Positions 35,673 to 47,841 of a stretch of DNA of 64,000 nucleotides are shown here, piece by piece (position 1 is the stretch's first letter; each line of letters opens with the position of its first letter). The stretch comes from Lepidodermella squamata (Eukaryota; Animalia; Gastrotricha), in contig JBLDXI010000007.1 in NCBI GenBank assembly GCA_047495785.1, positions 2,852,001 through 2,916,000 of the forward strand, read 5' to 3'. Below the pieces are notes generated by a model. That model saw only the letters and a program-made list of their open reading frames with translations, made no database searches and had not been told where the DNA came from. Made by a program: the position numbers and the translations under genes.

Positions 35673-37571
35673 ATGAATTTTTTATTCGGGAAGAATGCTG
35701 TTTTGAATTTGCAGCGGACGATTGTTTCCTTGAAAACTTCTGATGATATTAGAAAATTTGCTGATGTTATCAAAATAAAAGCTGATGGCGGATGTATTGC
35801 TAACGAGAAACGAAGGAAGCAATATACTGAAACCGTTGAAAAGGCTAATTTATTAATTGAAAACGGAGACGTCAAAGAAGCCTTTCAAATTATCATGAAG
35901 ATTACCGATGAAGGATACACTTTTGCAGCCAATTTACTTCAAACTATCGCTGTGTTGGCGAATTTCACCGGTCGTGATAAGCTAGCAGCTACTTACTGCG
36001 CCGTCATTAGATGTGTTGGAGGATCCGAATTTCAAGCAGTGAAGATGGCAGCTTACCGTTCTTTAGAGGAGAAAATTCAATGTCCGCTTAGCCGACAGGA
36101 ATTTGATCAGCATATTCTTGATCTGCAAAAGCTCTCCTTCGATAAATTGGATGAATTTACATTCCTGGTCAACCGATGTTTTAATTTCTCAAAAGTTCAG
36201 ACCCGCAGTGAATATTTTGCGAGCAAAACATTTGAAGCTTTATCGTTGAATGACAGTTTCCGAAAATTTACCGCTGAAATCTCATTCGAACACCTAACAG
36301 CGCCTCAAATTCGTTTCCTAATCGTCTTTTTCGACGGCATTGAAACCGAAATTTGCGTCGAAGTTTGCAAGAAATTCAGCTACAGCTCATGGATTAATGA
36401 AATCGTGGTGAAATTAATTCAGTCCATCGCTACGGATTCTGGGTTTAAAATGGCCTTGGTTCGCAATGAAGCTTTTTCGCATCTCTTTTCGGTGCTACGG
36501 AAAACAATTCAACGGAACTGTGATTGCTACAATTTCTCTTGTATCACGCGAATTTCAGTCTTGAATTTATTAATTACGTCACGCTCGAATTCCGTTGGCT
36601 CAATTATCGCCGGTTTGAATTGCAGAAATCTTCCAAGCGAAGATCAGATACCGGAATTCGTAAACCTTCTCGCCCTTTTAATAGCGCTTCTCTCTTCGCT
36701 CGGAGATGCGGCTTCTGAGGATTTCAAAAGCTTGATGAAATCAGTTGCGGAACTTGTGCGTAATTCGGAAATTCAGTTGGAAATATCGAAAAATCTCACC
36801 TTGCCTATCGCCCTTGTTTCCGCGTTGAAACCAGATGGGAATTACTATTCGGTCTGCCCTGTTCTTCACTACCTAGCAAGTTTGGATAGTATCCGAACTG
36901 AAATGGTTGATTCTCAGATTTTCGTCAAGCAGCTGATGAAGAGCGCCGAGGAATTAGTATCGTCGAATGGCATGCATCTGAAATTCGCTGAAGGGCTAAC
37001 GAGTTTGATCTATAAATTGCTACTACATGAGTCACTGTTTACTCGGCTGATTCTCGCTAGAGGCAATTCCTCGTTTGCCAAAACCGTTTTCACCAAACCT
37101 ATCCGCAGTATTGAAATTGAACTGCCTCTGATTTCGGTCATGCTACGAAGCGCTGATGATGAAACTCGAAAAAGATGGTCGAAACAGTTTTCAAGTTCGA
37201 CTTTTTCGGTATTGGCGAAATCAGCCATGGATTTGCTTTTGCGGAAAGTGCCTGCTAGGAAAATAATTGAAGATAAGATATGCTTGGACGTTCATGCCAT
37301 GTTTGTCCTCCGCCAGTTGTGTTCGATAAATCCGAAGCTTGTTGCCGAATTCGGTTATCCCTGCGTTAAATCGCTCTCGCGGCATCTCAAGTGCCCTGCT
37401 AATCAGACTGAAGATTTATTGTTGGCTACTGAATTGTCTTTCGGACTGTTGGTTGTTCTATTCGTTGAGCATGATAAAAGTGTTAGAATGTCTTTGAAAC
37501 GTGAAAAGCGCGTGTTGCGCGAAGTTATTGGAAGAATGCGAAATGCTTTAACCGTCTCTGTTTCCGTGTGA
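35673..37571 (+). CDS. TPR-like/helical-repeat protein J (subfamily 1, ~632 aa)
   Basis: Same motifs as H/I; first ATG aligning with the family start is 35673. Confidence 0.85.
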   Translation: MNFLFGKNAVLNLQRTIVSLKTSDDIRKFADVIKIKADGGCIANEKRRKQYTETVEKANLLIENGDVKEAFQIIMKITDEGYTFAANLLQTIAVLANFTGRDKLAATYCAVIRCVGGSEFQAVKMAAYRSLEEKIQCPLSRQEFDQHILDLQKLSFDKLDEFTFLVNRCFNFSKVQTRSEYFASKTFEALSLNDSFRKFTAEISFEHLTAPQIRFLIVFFDGIETEICVEVCKKFSYSSWINEIVVKLIQSIATDSGFKMALVRNEAFSHLFSVLRKTIQRNCDCYNFSCITRISVLNLLITSRSNSVGSIIAGLNCRNLPSEDQIPEFVNLLALLIALLSSLGDAASEDFKSLMKSVAELVRNSEIQLEISKNLTLPIALVSALKPDGNYYSVCPVLHYLASLDSIRTEMVDSQIFVKQLMKSAEELVSSNGMHLKFAEGLTSLIYKLLLHESLFTRLILARGNSSFAKTVFTKPIRSIEIELPLISVMLRSADDETRKRWSKQFSSSTFSVLAKSAMDLLLRKVPARKIIEDKICLDVHAMFVLRQLCSINPKLVAEFGYPCVKSLSRHLKCPANQTEDLLLATELSFGLLVVLFVEHDKSVRMSLKREKRVLREVIGRMRNALTVSVSV

Positions 37572-38907
37572 AGAGCGTTGAGATGATAGTCAAATTTTTC
37601 GTCTATTTTGCTGGGCTTTGTTATGATGCTGATGAGTTCCCAAGCGAGTTTATTTTCGGCCGATGATAAAATAAAATGGAATAAAATTATATTTCAATTA
37701 TTTTCATCAACTACTTCGATCGAATTTGAAATTTCGTGAAAACCGGAAACCATTATTGACAGAAGGAAAATATTTTGTTTATAGAAAGAAATGTATGCAC
37801 AGGTACTATTTTTGGATAAATTGTTGAGGCTGGTGCATTTTTTCAGCAGATTTTTATTTCAGGGGAACAACATCGATTTATTGGCCAAAAATGTCTTTTA
37901 GACTGATTCGATAACATCCAAATTTAGCGAGGTTTCGATTTCAAAGCTTGATAATAACTTTTAGAATATGACTTGATCATGATTCAATTTGATACTTTAA
38001 ATTCGGAAATCGGAAGCAAATTTACGGCGAACGGAAGCTGATTTTCTGCTGCTAACTTAACCTAACTCAAAATGGGAGAAACGTTGATTTTATAATAATT
38101 ATATGATTTTCGGGCAACGTATGATTCCTGAGGTGAACGCTACGTCTTGCACAGAATTTTACGCTCAATTTTTAAATGATTTATCTAATTAATTTGGTCT
38201 ATACAGCGTGTCCCATAAGTAACGCAAGCGAAGAAAGTACACGGAAGGAAAGAAGTTCAGAAACTCATCTCACGGCCAGAAAAATTTTAGAACAATTCAA
38301 AAATCACGAGAATAGTAATCAAGTGTGCCACTTTTGTCAATGGGATTAGAAAGCCCGGTGAAATTTTGTGAAACCGGATGAAATACCGAAAATTACCGAA
38401 CCAGTTACCATGGGGGTTTTTTCGGGTTTTCTCCGGTAAATTTTTTTATTTCTTCGGTTAAATCGCGGTTAAAAGTTGGAGCTTTCTCTTGGTAGGTTCA
38501 ATTTAATAAAATTAGTTGAATTTCCATAAAAAAAATTTGCCAAATTAATATTTCCGGTAACAGGAAGATCCCTTTTACATATTTTGATCAGTCGATAATT
38601 ATGCTTTTGAAAATTTTCGTTCGCGGCCAAGTTTTGAAATTGCACTCCGTAATTTGCGATTATTACGCGCATTTTGAATTCACCGAATTCACCGGAGCGT
38701 GTTGCGTTGAATTCAGGCCTTGACGATGACATAATAATGGCATTAAAAATCGAATTACACCTCAAGTTTCGAAACCTGTGCAGATCACATCATGGAAATT
38801 TTGAATGTTTATAGCAAATTCGATTCTTATTTGATCAGAGGAAATATTTTCAACTTCTTCTCTTTTTTAGGCTTTAATGATGAATAAATCGCTGGTTCTT
38901 TCATCTG

Positions 38908-40827
38908 ATGTCGCTTTTGAATTTTCTGTTTGGAAAAGATGCTGTTGCGAATTTGCAGCAGAAAATTATTTCTCTCAAAACCCCCGATGATCTTGAAAAA
39001 TTTACTGAAAATGTCAAAATTCAAGCTCAAGGCGGATTCATTGCTGTCGAGGAACGGAGAAAGCAAATGCATGAAAAAATCGAAATGGCCAAGTCGCTTC
39101 TCGAAAAAGGAGACGTCGAAGAAGCTTTTCACATTCTCATGAAGATTGCCGATGACGACTACAATTTGTCGCCCGATTTTCTTGAAATTCTAGCGAAGAC
39201 AGCTAAATTGACTAGTCGATATGAACTCGCAATAGCCATATGCGCTATGGACAGATCTGTTGTGTCAGAATTCGATTTTATCTGCTCAACATCCTATCAT
39301 CTTCTGATGCGTGAAAAGAAAGTTAGTTCGCTCTTCACTGAACACGAATTCGATCGATGTATTACCGAGTTACGAAATTCGAAAATCTTGAATTGGGACG
39401 ATTTTTCGTTTATGGTATACCACTGTTTCTCGTGCTCGAAATTGCTATCTCCTGGCGAATATTTCACAACGAAGATTTTCGTAACTTTGTCTTCGAATGA
39501 GAACTTCCAGAAATTCGTGTCGGCAATTGCGTTCGACCAGCTAACGGCGGCTCAACTCCGATTTCTGATGATGTTCTTCAATAGTATTGATACTGCACTA
39601 TGCGCAACTGTTTTAATCAAGTACAGCGCTTTGGCTGATATAATAGAAAAAATCTTCCTTAATCTAACTAAATGTTTAGGCTCAGAATCGAGTTTTAAAA
39701 TGGCTCTACTACGGTATGACGCTTTTCGCCATATAATGCCGATGCTGGGCAAAACTTCACAGCGGCTCTACGAATCGCGTGATTTGGCCTGGATCACGCG
39801 ATTTCTAACATTATTTTTGATTTCTTCTGGTTCGAAATTTTTGCGTGCTATCAATGAGGATTTGCTGTCAGATATAGCCGAAAGACCTCGTAGCAAAAAT
39901 CTTATTAGCGGATCATTGCACCTTCTTGCGCTTTTAATACTTACTGTTGCGATACTCGATGATGCTTCGGGCATTTTTGAAAAATTCATAAAATCTGTCC
40001 GTGAAATCGTTCGAAATTCTGAAATCAGATCAGAAATCGCCAAAAACATGTCTCTGCCCATCGCCCTTGCATCGGCTATGACACCTGCCAGCTGTCCGCT
40101 TCTTTATCTTTTAGCTAAGTCGGACCAAATTTTGTTTGAGATGGGAAATTCTCCAATATTTGTAAAACAATTGCTAAAGAGTGGTGAAAAATTGGTTTTG
40201 GATGAATCGATCGTCGACTGTCGTGATGGACTAACGAGTGTGATCAACAAATTATTTCTAGTTGAAGAGTCGTTATTTACTCGTCTGATTTTCGCCAGAG
40301 GTAACTCTTCGTTTGCTAAAGCTGTGTTCAACGTGCCAATGTGTGCTTTTAAACACCGGTTACCTTTAATTGCGGTCATGTTGCGAAATGCTGACGATGA
40401 AACTCGAAGACGATGGTCAAAGCTGTACTCAGTTCCGAATTTTCACGTAATGGCCAAAGCAGCTATGGACTGGCTTTTGCAGAAACCTCCCGGTAATGTG
40501 AGTGACGGCACTGTCCTCACTGTCCACTTGATGTTTGTTATTCGCCAATTATGCTCGATTAACCCGAAAATTATTGCTTAATTTAGCTTCCCATACATTG
40601 AATCGCTTGCACATCATCTCGGGCCGCCTAGAACTCGTCGAAATAACGCGATGATATCGGCTTCGGAATTGTCCCTCGGACTGACGGTCGCACTTTTTAT
40701 TGAGCATGATAAAAAACTTCGAATTTCGCTGAAACGTGAGAAGCGAGTGTTGCGCGGATTGATTGCACAAATGCGCAGTGCATTGGCTGCCCATTCATAT
40801 TTCATTCATGACTGTGATTTTCTATGA
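38908..40827 (+). pseudogene. TPR-like/helical-repeat protein K (subfamily 1) with single nonsense codon
   Basis: GAA>TAA at 40579-40581 (PKIIA*FSFPYIESL); homologous frame continues to TGA 40827. Confidence 0.8.
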
Positions 40828-41446
40828 TGCATGACGCTATTTTCGATATTATTTTGTAAAAATTGGCTGTAAAATTTTGGTCTCAAAATGCATTACTATT
40901 TATTAAAATCACGATCACTTTTTACTTAGTGAAACTGGACGTATGACTGTATAGTTTAAATGCAATTTAAATTATAAATGCAAGAAAGTCCCCATTTTTA
41001 CAGCTAGATTCTTCCTAATAAAATTGGATCTTGTATTTGTTTGCTTGGAATTCCCATTATTTCATCTCAACCGCGTCAGCGCTTAAAACATGACCAAGGA
41101 CATCTCAAATTTTCACACCCGCCGAAATAGAAGGGGAAAACTCGCATTTTCGTATTGATTTGGCCTACTCTTCGCGTAAATCCACTGAAACTTGCTTTAG
41201 AGGTTGCATAGAACTTTATCATCGTTTTACATCATTTTTCTCAATTCGTGAAGATTGCTTGTTATTTCTTTTATTTTTTTCTTACAGGTTTTTCTGTTTT
41301 TTATAATCTTTGAAACTTGGTCACTTGAGCTGGATATCGTTCAGGTTTTTCATTTTCTCATAAATTTTTCACAGATTTATGCAGTCTCGTGACTTTTAGG
41401 CCACATTTTTTGGTTTAAAACCAATTTCTAGATATTTTAGCTATAT

Positions 41447-42218
41447 ATGGATGATAAGTTTGGAGAAATCAATAAATCCTGCGAATCGGATAAAGACCTT
41501 GCCCAAGCCATTCGAAAATCGTTGAAAAATTCTAGTTGCTCACCAGAGCTCGAAATTCTCATCGAACAGTATGTTGAAACTCACGATTTCGCAAAGCTGG
41601 AAATCGCCCTGAAATGGACCCACTCACTAGCGGGCGGAGACTCAAGAGTTGCTCTATGCTCTATTCCCGGTCGAAGGTTTTCTGATAAATCCGGCGAAGA
41701 GAATTTTTTACACCCCGCTATGGTCGGCTGTTAATGCACTTTGTATCGATGAAATTGAGGGGAAATCTGAAATTATTGCCAAAATGACCCAATTTGTCAT
41801 TTTGCCGCTGCTTCGAGCCTTACATCCTGATCCATTGTTTAACTTACTCAATTATGAAATGGATCCAAGCATGATTTCTCTTTGGGCGGACTTCGAAGAT
41901 CTTAAAATATGGAATAACTGCCAGTTTCTTGATTTGTTCATCGAAGCGAGGCGAAAATCGGGTTTCAAAGTTGCAGATTTGTTAAGGCGGCTCGAGAATA
42001 CCTGGGAAAATGGAAACGCGACCCGTGATATATGCGAGCGGTTTGCGATCGCTCTACGTGATGTTTACCCGCTTCAAAACTTGGCTCGAATGGCGGTTCT
42101 CAATTTACTGCCAGTTGGCCCGAAACAACGCAGAAGTGCGATTGAGAAACTTGATCTGTCAAAAGCGTTGATTGATTTTTTGAATTTTACTGAGTTTGAA
42201 ATTTTTGACTCGAATTAA
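41447..42218 (+). pseudogene. SOCS-box paralog L with large internal deletion and frameshift
   Basis: N-terminus matches E up to DSRV, then jumps to PVEGFLINPAKRIFYTPLWSA in another frame; ankyrin-like region missing. Confidence 0.85.
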
Positions 42219-42372
42219 AAATTTATTCACTGGATTGTTAACTAATTATTTTGGCTTTTGTTCTTCGATTATTTTCTAGCGGATAAGAGCAACAAGTTGA
42301 AAAATTGCGTGCTTTTTTAAGGAAGCTTTTTTACATTTTAGGTCCCAGTTTTTATTGAAAATTTCGTAATTT

Positions 42373-44352
42373 ATGACTTTGCTGAAATTTATTTTCGGCA
42401 ATGATTACGCTCCAGGCTCAGCGAATTCTCTTCACAAAATTCTGTCTATAAAATCCGCCGCCGATCTCAGCAAATTTTGCGAAGAAATTCACATCAGAGC
42501 TCAAGGTGGATTTCACGCGGTCGAAGAGCGGAGAGCTCAGATAGGAAAACTGCAAAAAACCGCCGAGGCATTTTTCCATCAGAGCACATGCGTAGTATCC
42601 TTGAACGCGATGCTGAAAATTGCGGATGGGTTCGATTTTACCTTCAAATTTCTCGAATCAATCGCAAATCTTGCAACTTTGGCGGGTCGATATCGAACTT
42701 CGATAACATTTTACGCTCTTGTACTGAACGATGCTACCCCGAAAGAGTTCTACCAATTGTACGAAGAAACTTACAAAGCGATTGGATATCCTGGAGTTCT
42801 CGCTTCTTTCCATTCGAAAGACTTCAGAGATAGTCAAACACGCCTGGAAGAAGCGACTATTGAAAATTGGGACGAATTCTCGTTTCTGGTCCACCATTGT
42901 TTTTTGTACCATCGAGACCGCGTTTTAGGCGAGGAATACGCGAATAAAACCTTTGACGCCCTGGCTACTAATCTCTCGTTCCGGGCTTTCATCTCCGAAA
43001 TTTCTTTCGAAAAATTAACCGCAGCTCAAATTCGATTTTTAATCGTGTTACTGAAATCAGTTCGAAACGAAACCTGCGCCATGGCTTGCTCGAATAACGG
43101 CTATAAAGCTTGGTTCGAAGAATTTTTGATGAAATTAACCGCATCGTTCGCGACTGAAGCTGGCTTTAAGCAGGCATTTGCTCACCCGGACGCATTTTTC
43201 GAACTTTTCACCCACGTTCAGAACCGTTGCTGGCTGATTTACGGGCGAATTTGCGATCGAGACTTCTGTGATTTGCAATGGATGATTCGATTTATTACTC
43301 TCATTTTCATGAACCCTCGAATCGACATCGAGTGTTTGAATGCAATGTTGATTGGTTCTGTCATCATTTTTGAAAAGCCCCTCCCTAAAGGGGATTCGCT
43401 GGTTGAATGCTTCGAACTTCTAAGCTATCTTGTTTCAGCTTTATCGGCCCGTGGACCAAAAGCTGCCAGGGTTTTTGATCAAACTTTATTCCTAATCGAA
43501 ATGTTGTTTCAAAAGGACGAAATTAAGGCGCTTTTGACGCAGAATTTAACCCTACCCATCGCACTGGCTTCGTCGCTGAAATTGAAAAATTCGGCAAAAG
43601 TCAGCCAATCGTTGTTGATAATGGCGAAATTTGACCCGTTATGGTCGAATCTAGTCAACTGCCCAACTTTTATCAAGCAATTTTTGACGAACGCCGAACG
43701 GATTGTGATGGAAAAGGGTCATTTGAAAGACCCAGATGGTTTTACGACGCTGGTTGATGCACTTTTGACCCGATATGAAATTTTGCAAGATTCGCCATTT
43801 AGCCGGTCGATTTTCGGCCGCGGCAATTCAGCGTTTGCCAAGGCAGTTTTCAGCGAGCCTTCTTCGACTGATTTCAACCTTGAGCTGCCGCTCCTCGGCG
43901 TTATGCTGAAATTCGCGGACGATGAAACGCGGAAACGGTGGTCGAAATTATTTTCAACGACCACGTTCCCAAAAATTGCGAAATCGGCTATGGAAACGAT
44001 TTTTCAGCGATTTCAAGGCAAACCGGATGACGAACTGTGCCGGGATATTCAGTGTTTGTACGTTACGCGGCAAATTTGTCTAATGTCGCCGCAAATTATT
44101 GGCGAGTTCAATTTTTTGCTGATTGAATCGGTTGCTCATCAGTTGGAGAGGCTGCCGCTTCGCAAGGCGTTTTTCAGTGTTCATACTGAGATTTGGTTCG
44201 GAATCCTTGTGGCGTTGTTTGTTCGGCATGATAAGAAAATCAGGCTGGCTTTGAAGCGGGAGACACGGCTGTTGCGGGATATTATTTCGAGGCTTCGTAA
44301 TGCTATCAAGGCCAGTGAGCCCAAAAGCATCAAACTCAAAGGGGATGAATGA
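42373..44352 (+). CDS. TPR-like/helical-repeat protein M (659 aa; intermediate between subfamilies)
   Basis: Subfamily-1 body motifs with a subfamily-2-like FGxxxxPGS N-terminus and TEAGF motif. Confidence 0.88.
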   Translation: MTLLKFIFGNDYAPGSANSLHKILSIKSAADLSKFCEEIHIRAQGGFHAVEERRAQIGKLQKTAEAFFHQSTCVVSLNAMLKIADGFDFTFKFLESIANLATLAGRYRTSITFYALVLNDATPKEFYQLYEETYKAIGYPGVLASFHSKDFRDSQTRLEEATIENWDEFSFLVHHCFLYHRDRVLGEEYANKTFDALATNLSFRAFISEISFEKLTAAQIRFLIVLLKSVRNETCAMACSNNGYKAWFEEFLMKLTASFATEAGFKQAFAHPDAFFELFTHVQNRCWLIYGRICDRDFCDLQWMIRFITLIFMNPRIDIECLNAMLIGSVIIFEKPLPKGDSLVECFELLSYLVSALSARGPKAARVFDQTLFLIEMLFQKDEIKALLTQNLTLPIALASSLKLKNSAKVSQSLLIMAKFDPLWSNLVNCPTFIKQFLTNAERIVMEKGHLKDPDGFTTLVDALLTRYEILQDSPFSRSIFGRGNSAFAKAVFSEPSSTDFNLELPLLGVMLKFADDETRKRWSKLFSTTTFPKIAKSAMETIFQRFQGKPDDELCRDIQCLYVTRQICLMSPQIIGEFNFLLIESVAHQLERLPLRKAFFSVHTEIWFGILVALFVRHDKKIRLALKRETRLLRDIISRLRNAIKASEPKSIKLKGDE

Positions 44353-45451
44353 TTTGCTGCAGTTATTCTAACAAGTATTCCAACGAATCTTTTGTTGTTT
44401 TATAACTCTAATAATATTTACTGATGGTTGTTGTTTGGTTTTTTTCCTGTTGTTTTTTCGTTGCTTTAATCCGACTATTCATCAAATTTTGATGAGAATG
44501 CATCATTTTTGGCCATAATTCAAACTAATTATCATTGTTTTTCTTAGATTATTTACTAAAATATTGCTGAAAATAAGTTAAAAAATGATTGCAGACCTGC
44601 TTTCAAGTGGACTAATTCTGCTTTCCTTTAATTTTAATTTGCAAATATTTTCAATAGCAGTCGTGTTGAGTTTCCAGAATTTCCCTTTGCAACAGTATTC
44701 GTCTTTTCTTTCGATCAACCGAACTTTTTTGACATAAAAAAGCCTGGAGAAATCTCCATAATATTTTGAGTCCAATTGGAGATCCAATTAGAGAAACAAA
44801 CGACTGGAGCGAAAAGAAAATTCGTGGAGTGAAATGCGCTATTAAATGGGTAAAATTGCTTCTTAAATTAGGAAAACTCCTCCTTGAAGCTAGATTATGT
44901 AACCCAAGTATCGATTTTAGAAATCAGTGACTTTTGTGATATCGATAAGGGAAAGATGAAATCAGTGATTCCAGGATCCAGACTAGCCGCTGGTAGATAA
45001 CATTAAAAGATTAGTAATAAAGCTTTTTTCTCGGAACTTCAAGGTTCTACAAGGTGAATTGCGAGGTTTTTCAAGGTCAGAAAACTGCTCTAGCTGAATC
45101 GGGCGTCGAACATTTGCTCATGGAGACTCCAATTTGTATTTCCACTCACACTCACAGCAAAAATTGGTCAGCTGCTGAGTATTGATCATTATAGAATGCA
45201 TAAAAATGATTACGCGTCGATAATTAGGAAACTCGTGATTTCTACATTTGAAAATTTTTCTTCTTTTAACTACGATCCTCTGTAAATATTTCTCTTGCGG
45301 ATCAATTCTTGGAAGAAATTTTAAAATTCTATGATCTTTCTCCATTCGAGTACACATTGAAGATTAATTTATCAGAACCTCTGTAATTCAAATATTATTT
45401 GATCTCTATTTTAACTTACCTGTTTTGATACCATATTCAGTATTCAATAGG

Positions 45452-47494
45452 ATGTCTATATTCGAACTTGTTTTTGGCGATGGAGCCACGCCAGGTTCTC
45501 AGAGCGTCAAAGATAAATTGCTTGGGCTGAATCAGGACGGTGGCGTAGAAACATTTCTTACGGATGTTAGAGTTCGAGCTTTCGGCGGCCTTCAAGAATT
45601 TCAAGCTCATAACCAAAAAATCTCGAATTTGATGCGCCTGAGTGAAGTTTTAATTCAGCAAAATCGATTCGACGACGCATTGAAAGCCCTTGGCCAGCTG
45701 GACGCGATGTTCGCCTGGTCCGAGGCGTTTTTCAAATTAATGTCTAAAGCATCGCTAGAATCCGATAATTTAATTAACGCCAATTTGTATTCCTGGATTT
45801 TGAGTATCAATTTTCAAAATGAAGAGCCTCTGTCGGATTTTAACAAATGGGTTTCGCAATTATGCGCCAACGATGGTATCTATGTAACCCCGTCTTGTCA
45901 AGCTGAATTGCGTCGACTGGGTATAGTCATGACAAGTGAAATTTCTGAATATTGTGCCGACTTCCAAGGTGAAGACTGGGACGAATTCGCATTGAAAGCT
46001 GCAATGTCTTTGATTAATCTTCCTGCGAAAGTAACAGAAGAGTCGCTGAAATTTGCAAAACAAACATTTGAAGCGATTGAAAATTCGAAATTTCAAGATT
46101 TTATGCCGAACTTGTCTTTTGAAACTCTGCCGCCAAGTATTGCTCGTTTTCTATGCCTAGCTCTAAGCATGGTTACCCGTCGCTTGGTGGCATATCGCGA
46201 AAAATCGAATTTCGACCTATTTCAAAGAATCGCGGTGAAAATTTTGGAATCTCTGGCTACGGAAGCTGGTTTTCGAGCGGCCTTGAAGAAACCGGAAGCT
46301 TATTCGCTTCTTTTTGAGTGCATTATGTTATTTCATTCGCAAGAGACAAGTTTCGATTTGAAGGCTTGTGAATTTTTCAACCTGAATTGGGCCGTTAAGA
46401 ACTTGTTGTTGCAATTGCTGGTTCAGCCATCGCCAAATTTTCGACAAATGAATACCTGCTTGAATTTAATTGAAGAAACGCGCGGCGAGATGAACTTGGA
46501 AACTATAGAATACATTTCAATCTCTTTGCTATTAATCTCAAAGTCGCCTGAAGAATCTATCCAAAAATCTGTTGTTTCGATGTTTTCTTTTATTGGAAGG
46601 CTAATTGACTCTAAGGATAAAAATCTTGCACCGGCGATTGTTAGAAATGGAACGTTACCCCTTGCTCTAGCTATATGTTACGACACGTCGACTTTCAACT
46701 CGATTCAACGCATTTTCACGTCTTTGATATCAGGTATTAAAAATGGAGATCGGTTGATTTTGGCAAATGACAAATTGTTCGCCGATCAATTTTTCAAGGC
46801 GATAAATGCATTTTACGAGGATGGCCAGAGACTTGTGTTTCGATCTAGTCCTGCTATGCATATTTCATATCTACTTCACGCCGATTGTGGCCAGGCTGAA
46901 AATTCGTATTTTTCGAGGCTAATTTTCGAAAATGGCCATTCGCAATTTGTCAGAACTTTGCTCTCGAAAATGCCATATGGCCCTTGTATTGGTCTAATTT
47001 TTGCAGTGCTCCGAAGTGCCAAGGCTGAAATTCGCGAAAATTGGCGGAAATGTTACTCGGAACAAATTTTTGCGAAATTAGCCATGAAAGCGATGCGGCA
47101 CTTGTTGCAGAAGCAGAACTCATCTGATTTCATCCTTGACAGCTTCATTGGTACCCATGACTTGATTATTTTGTTCGAAATATGCCAGATCTTCCCTCAA
47201 GTTGCCGAAATCTTCACCATGGATCAAATTTTTTCTGCAATCGATGTTTTTGAGGAAAGTTCTAGTAATTATTACGTTCTCAACGAATTTGAGGGGGATT
47301 TCTTCCAGGAACGAGACTTGGCCGTGGGTATCTTCTTGGCGGCCGTGGTTGGTTTGAATGAAGATGTTAGGGCAGGTTTGCTTCGGAACAAGTCGATTCT
47401 TCGCGGCGTGATTTCGAAAATGAAAACAGCACAGAGTGAACTTGACGAAAAATCTAAAACACGACAGCAGGCTAAACTTCTTAAGCATAAGTGA
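45452..47494 (+). CDS. TPR-like/helical-repeat protein N (subfamily 2, ~680 aa)
   Basis: MSIFELVFG..PGS, RAFG, LSEVLIQQNRFDDALKAL (TPR-like), DWDEF, TEAGF, GTLPLALA, FFQERDLA. Confidence 0.88.
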   Translation: MSIFELVFGDGATPGSQSVKDKLLGLNQDGGVETFLTDVRVRAFGGLQEFQAHNQKISNLMRLSEVLIQQNRFDDALKALGQLDAMFAWSEAFFKLMSKASLESDNLINANLYSWILSINFQNEEPLSDFNKWVSQLCANDGIYVTPSCQAELRRLGIVMTSEISEYCADFQGEDWDEFALKAAMSLINLPAKVTEESLKFAKQTFEAIENSKFQDFMPNLSFETLPPSIARFLCLALSMVTRRLVAYREKSNFDLFQRIAVKILESLATEAGFRAALKKPEAYSLLFECIMLFHSQETSFDLKACEFFNLNWAVKNLLLQLLVQPSPNFRQMNTCLNLIEETRGEMNLETIEYISISLLLISKSPEESIQKSVVSMFSFIGRLIDSKDKNLAPAIVRNGTLPLALAICYDTSTFNSIQRIFTSLISGIKNGDRLILANDKLFADQFFKAINAFYEDGQRLVFRSSPAMHISYLLHADCGQAENSYFSRLIFENGHSQFVRTLLSKMPYGPCIGLIFAVLRSAKAEIRENWRKCYSEQIFAKLAMKAMRHLLQKQNSSDFILDSFIGTHDLIILFEICQIFPQVAEIFTMDQIFSAIDVFEESSSNYYVLNEFEGDFFQERDLAVGIFLAAVVGLNEDVRAGLLRNKSILRGVISKMKTAQSELDEKSKTRQQAKLLKHK

Positions 47495-47841
47495 TATACC
47501 TAAGATTTTTTATTTTTTTCCGAATAATGTACAATAAATATATGTGAAAATTTTTCAGTTACTGTTGATGCTCTGTGTCATCGTTTTTAAGCTCATTGCA
47601 ATAAAAAAATTTAAGGTGACCTCTTGAAGCTTTGAATAGCGCGGCCGGAAAAAAACTTGAATTATTATAATCATTTCTTCATGGATAATTGTATCAACTT
47701 CGAATATTTTGCACGGCAAAAATTATTTGCTTGACTTTCCATCGACGCATCCGAAAAATTGATAATTCCTCTCTTGATCTTTTTCCCATAGACAGTTAAT
47801 TGCCTAATAATTGCTTGAATTTCCATAGTGTTCCAGACGTT

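Noticed and set aside
38201-38230. Tc1/mariner-like terminus TACAGCGTGTCCCATAAGT
   Set aside because: No matching opposite TIR found, so the element cannot be delimited.
40579-40581. Programmed stop readthrough in K
   Set aside because: UAA with no readthrough context; paralogs have GAA, so a nonsense mutation or sequencing error is simpler.
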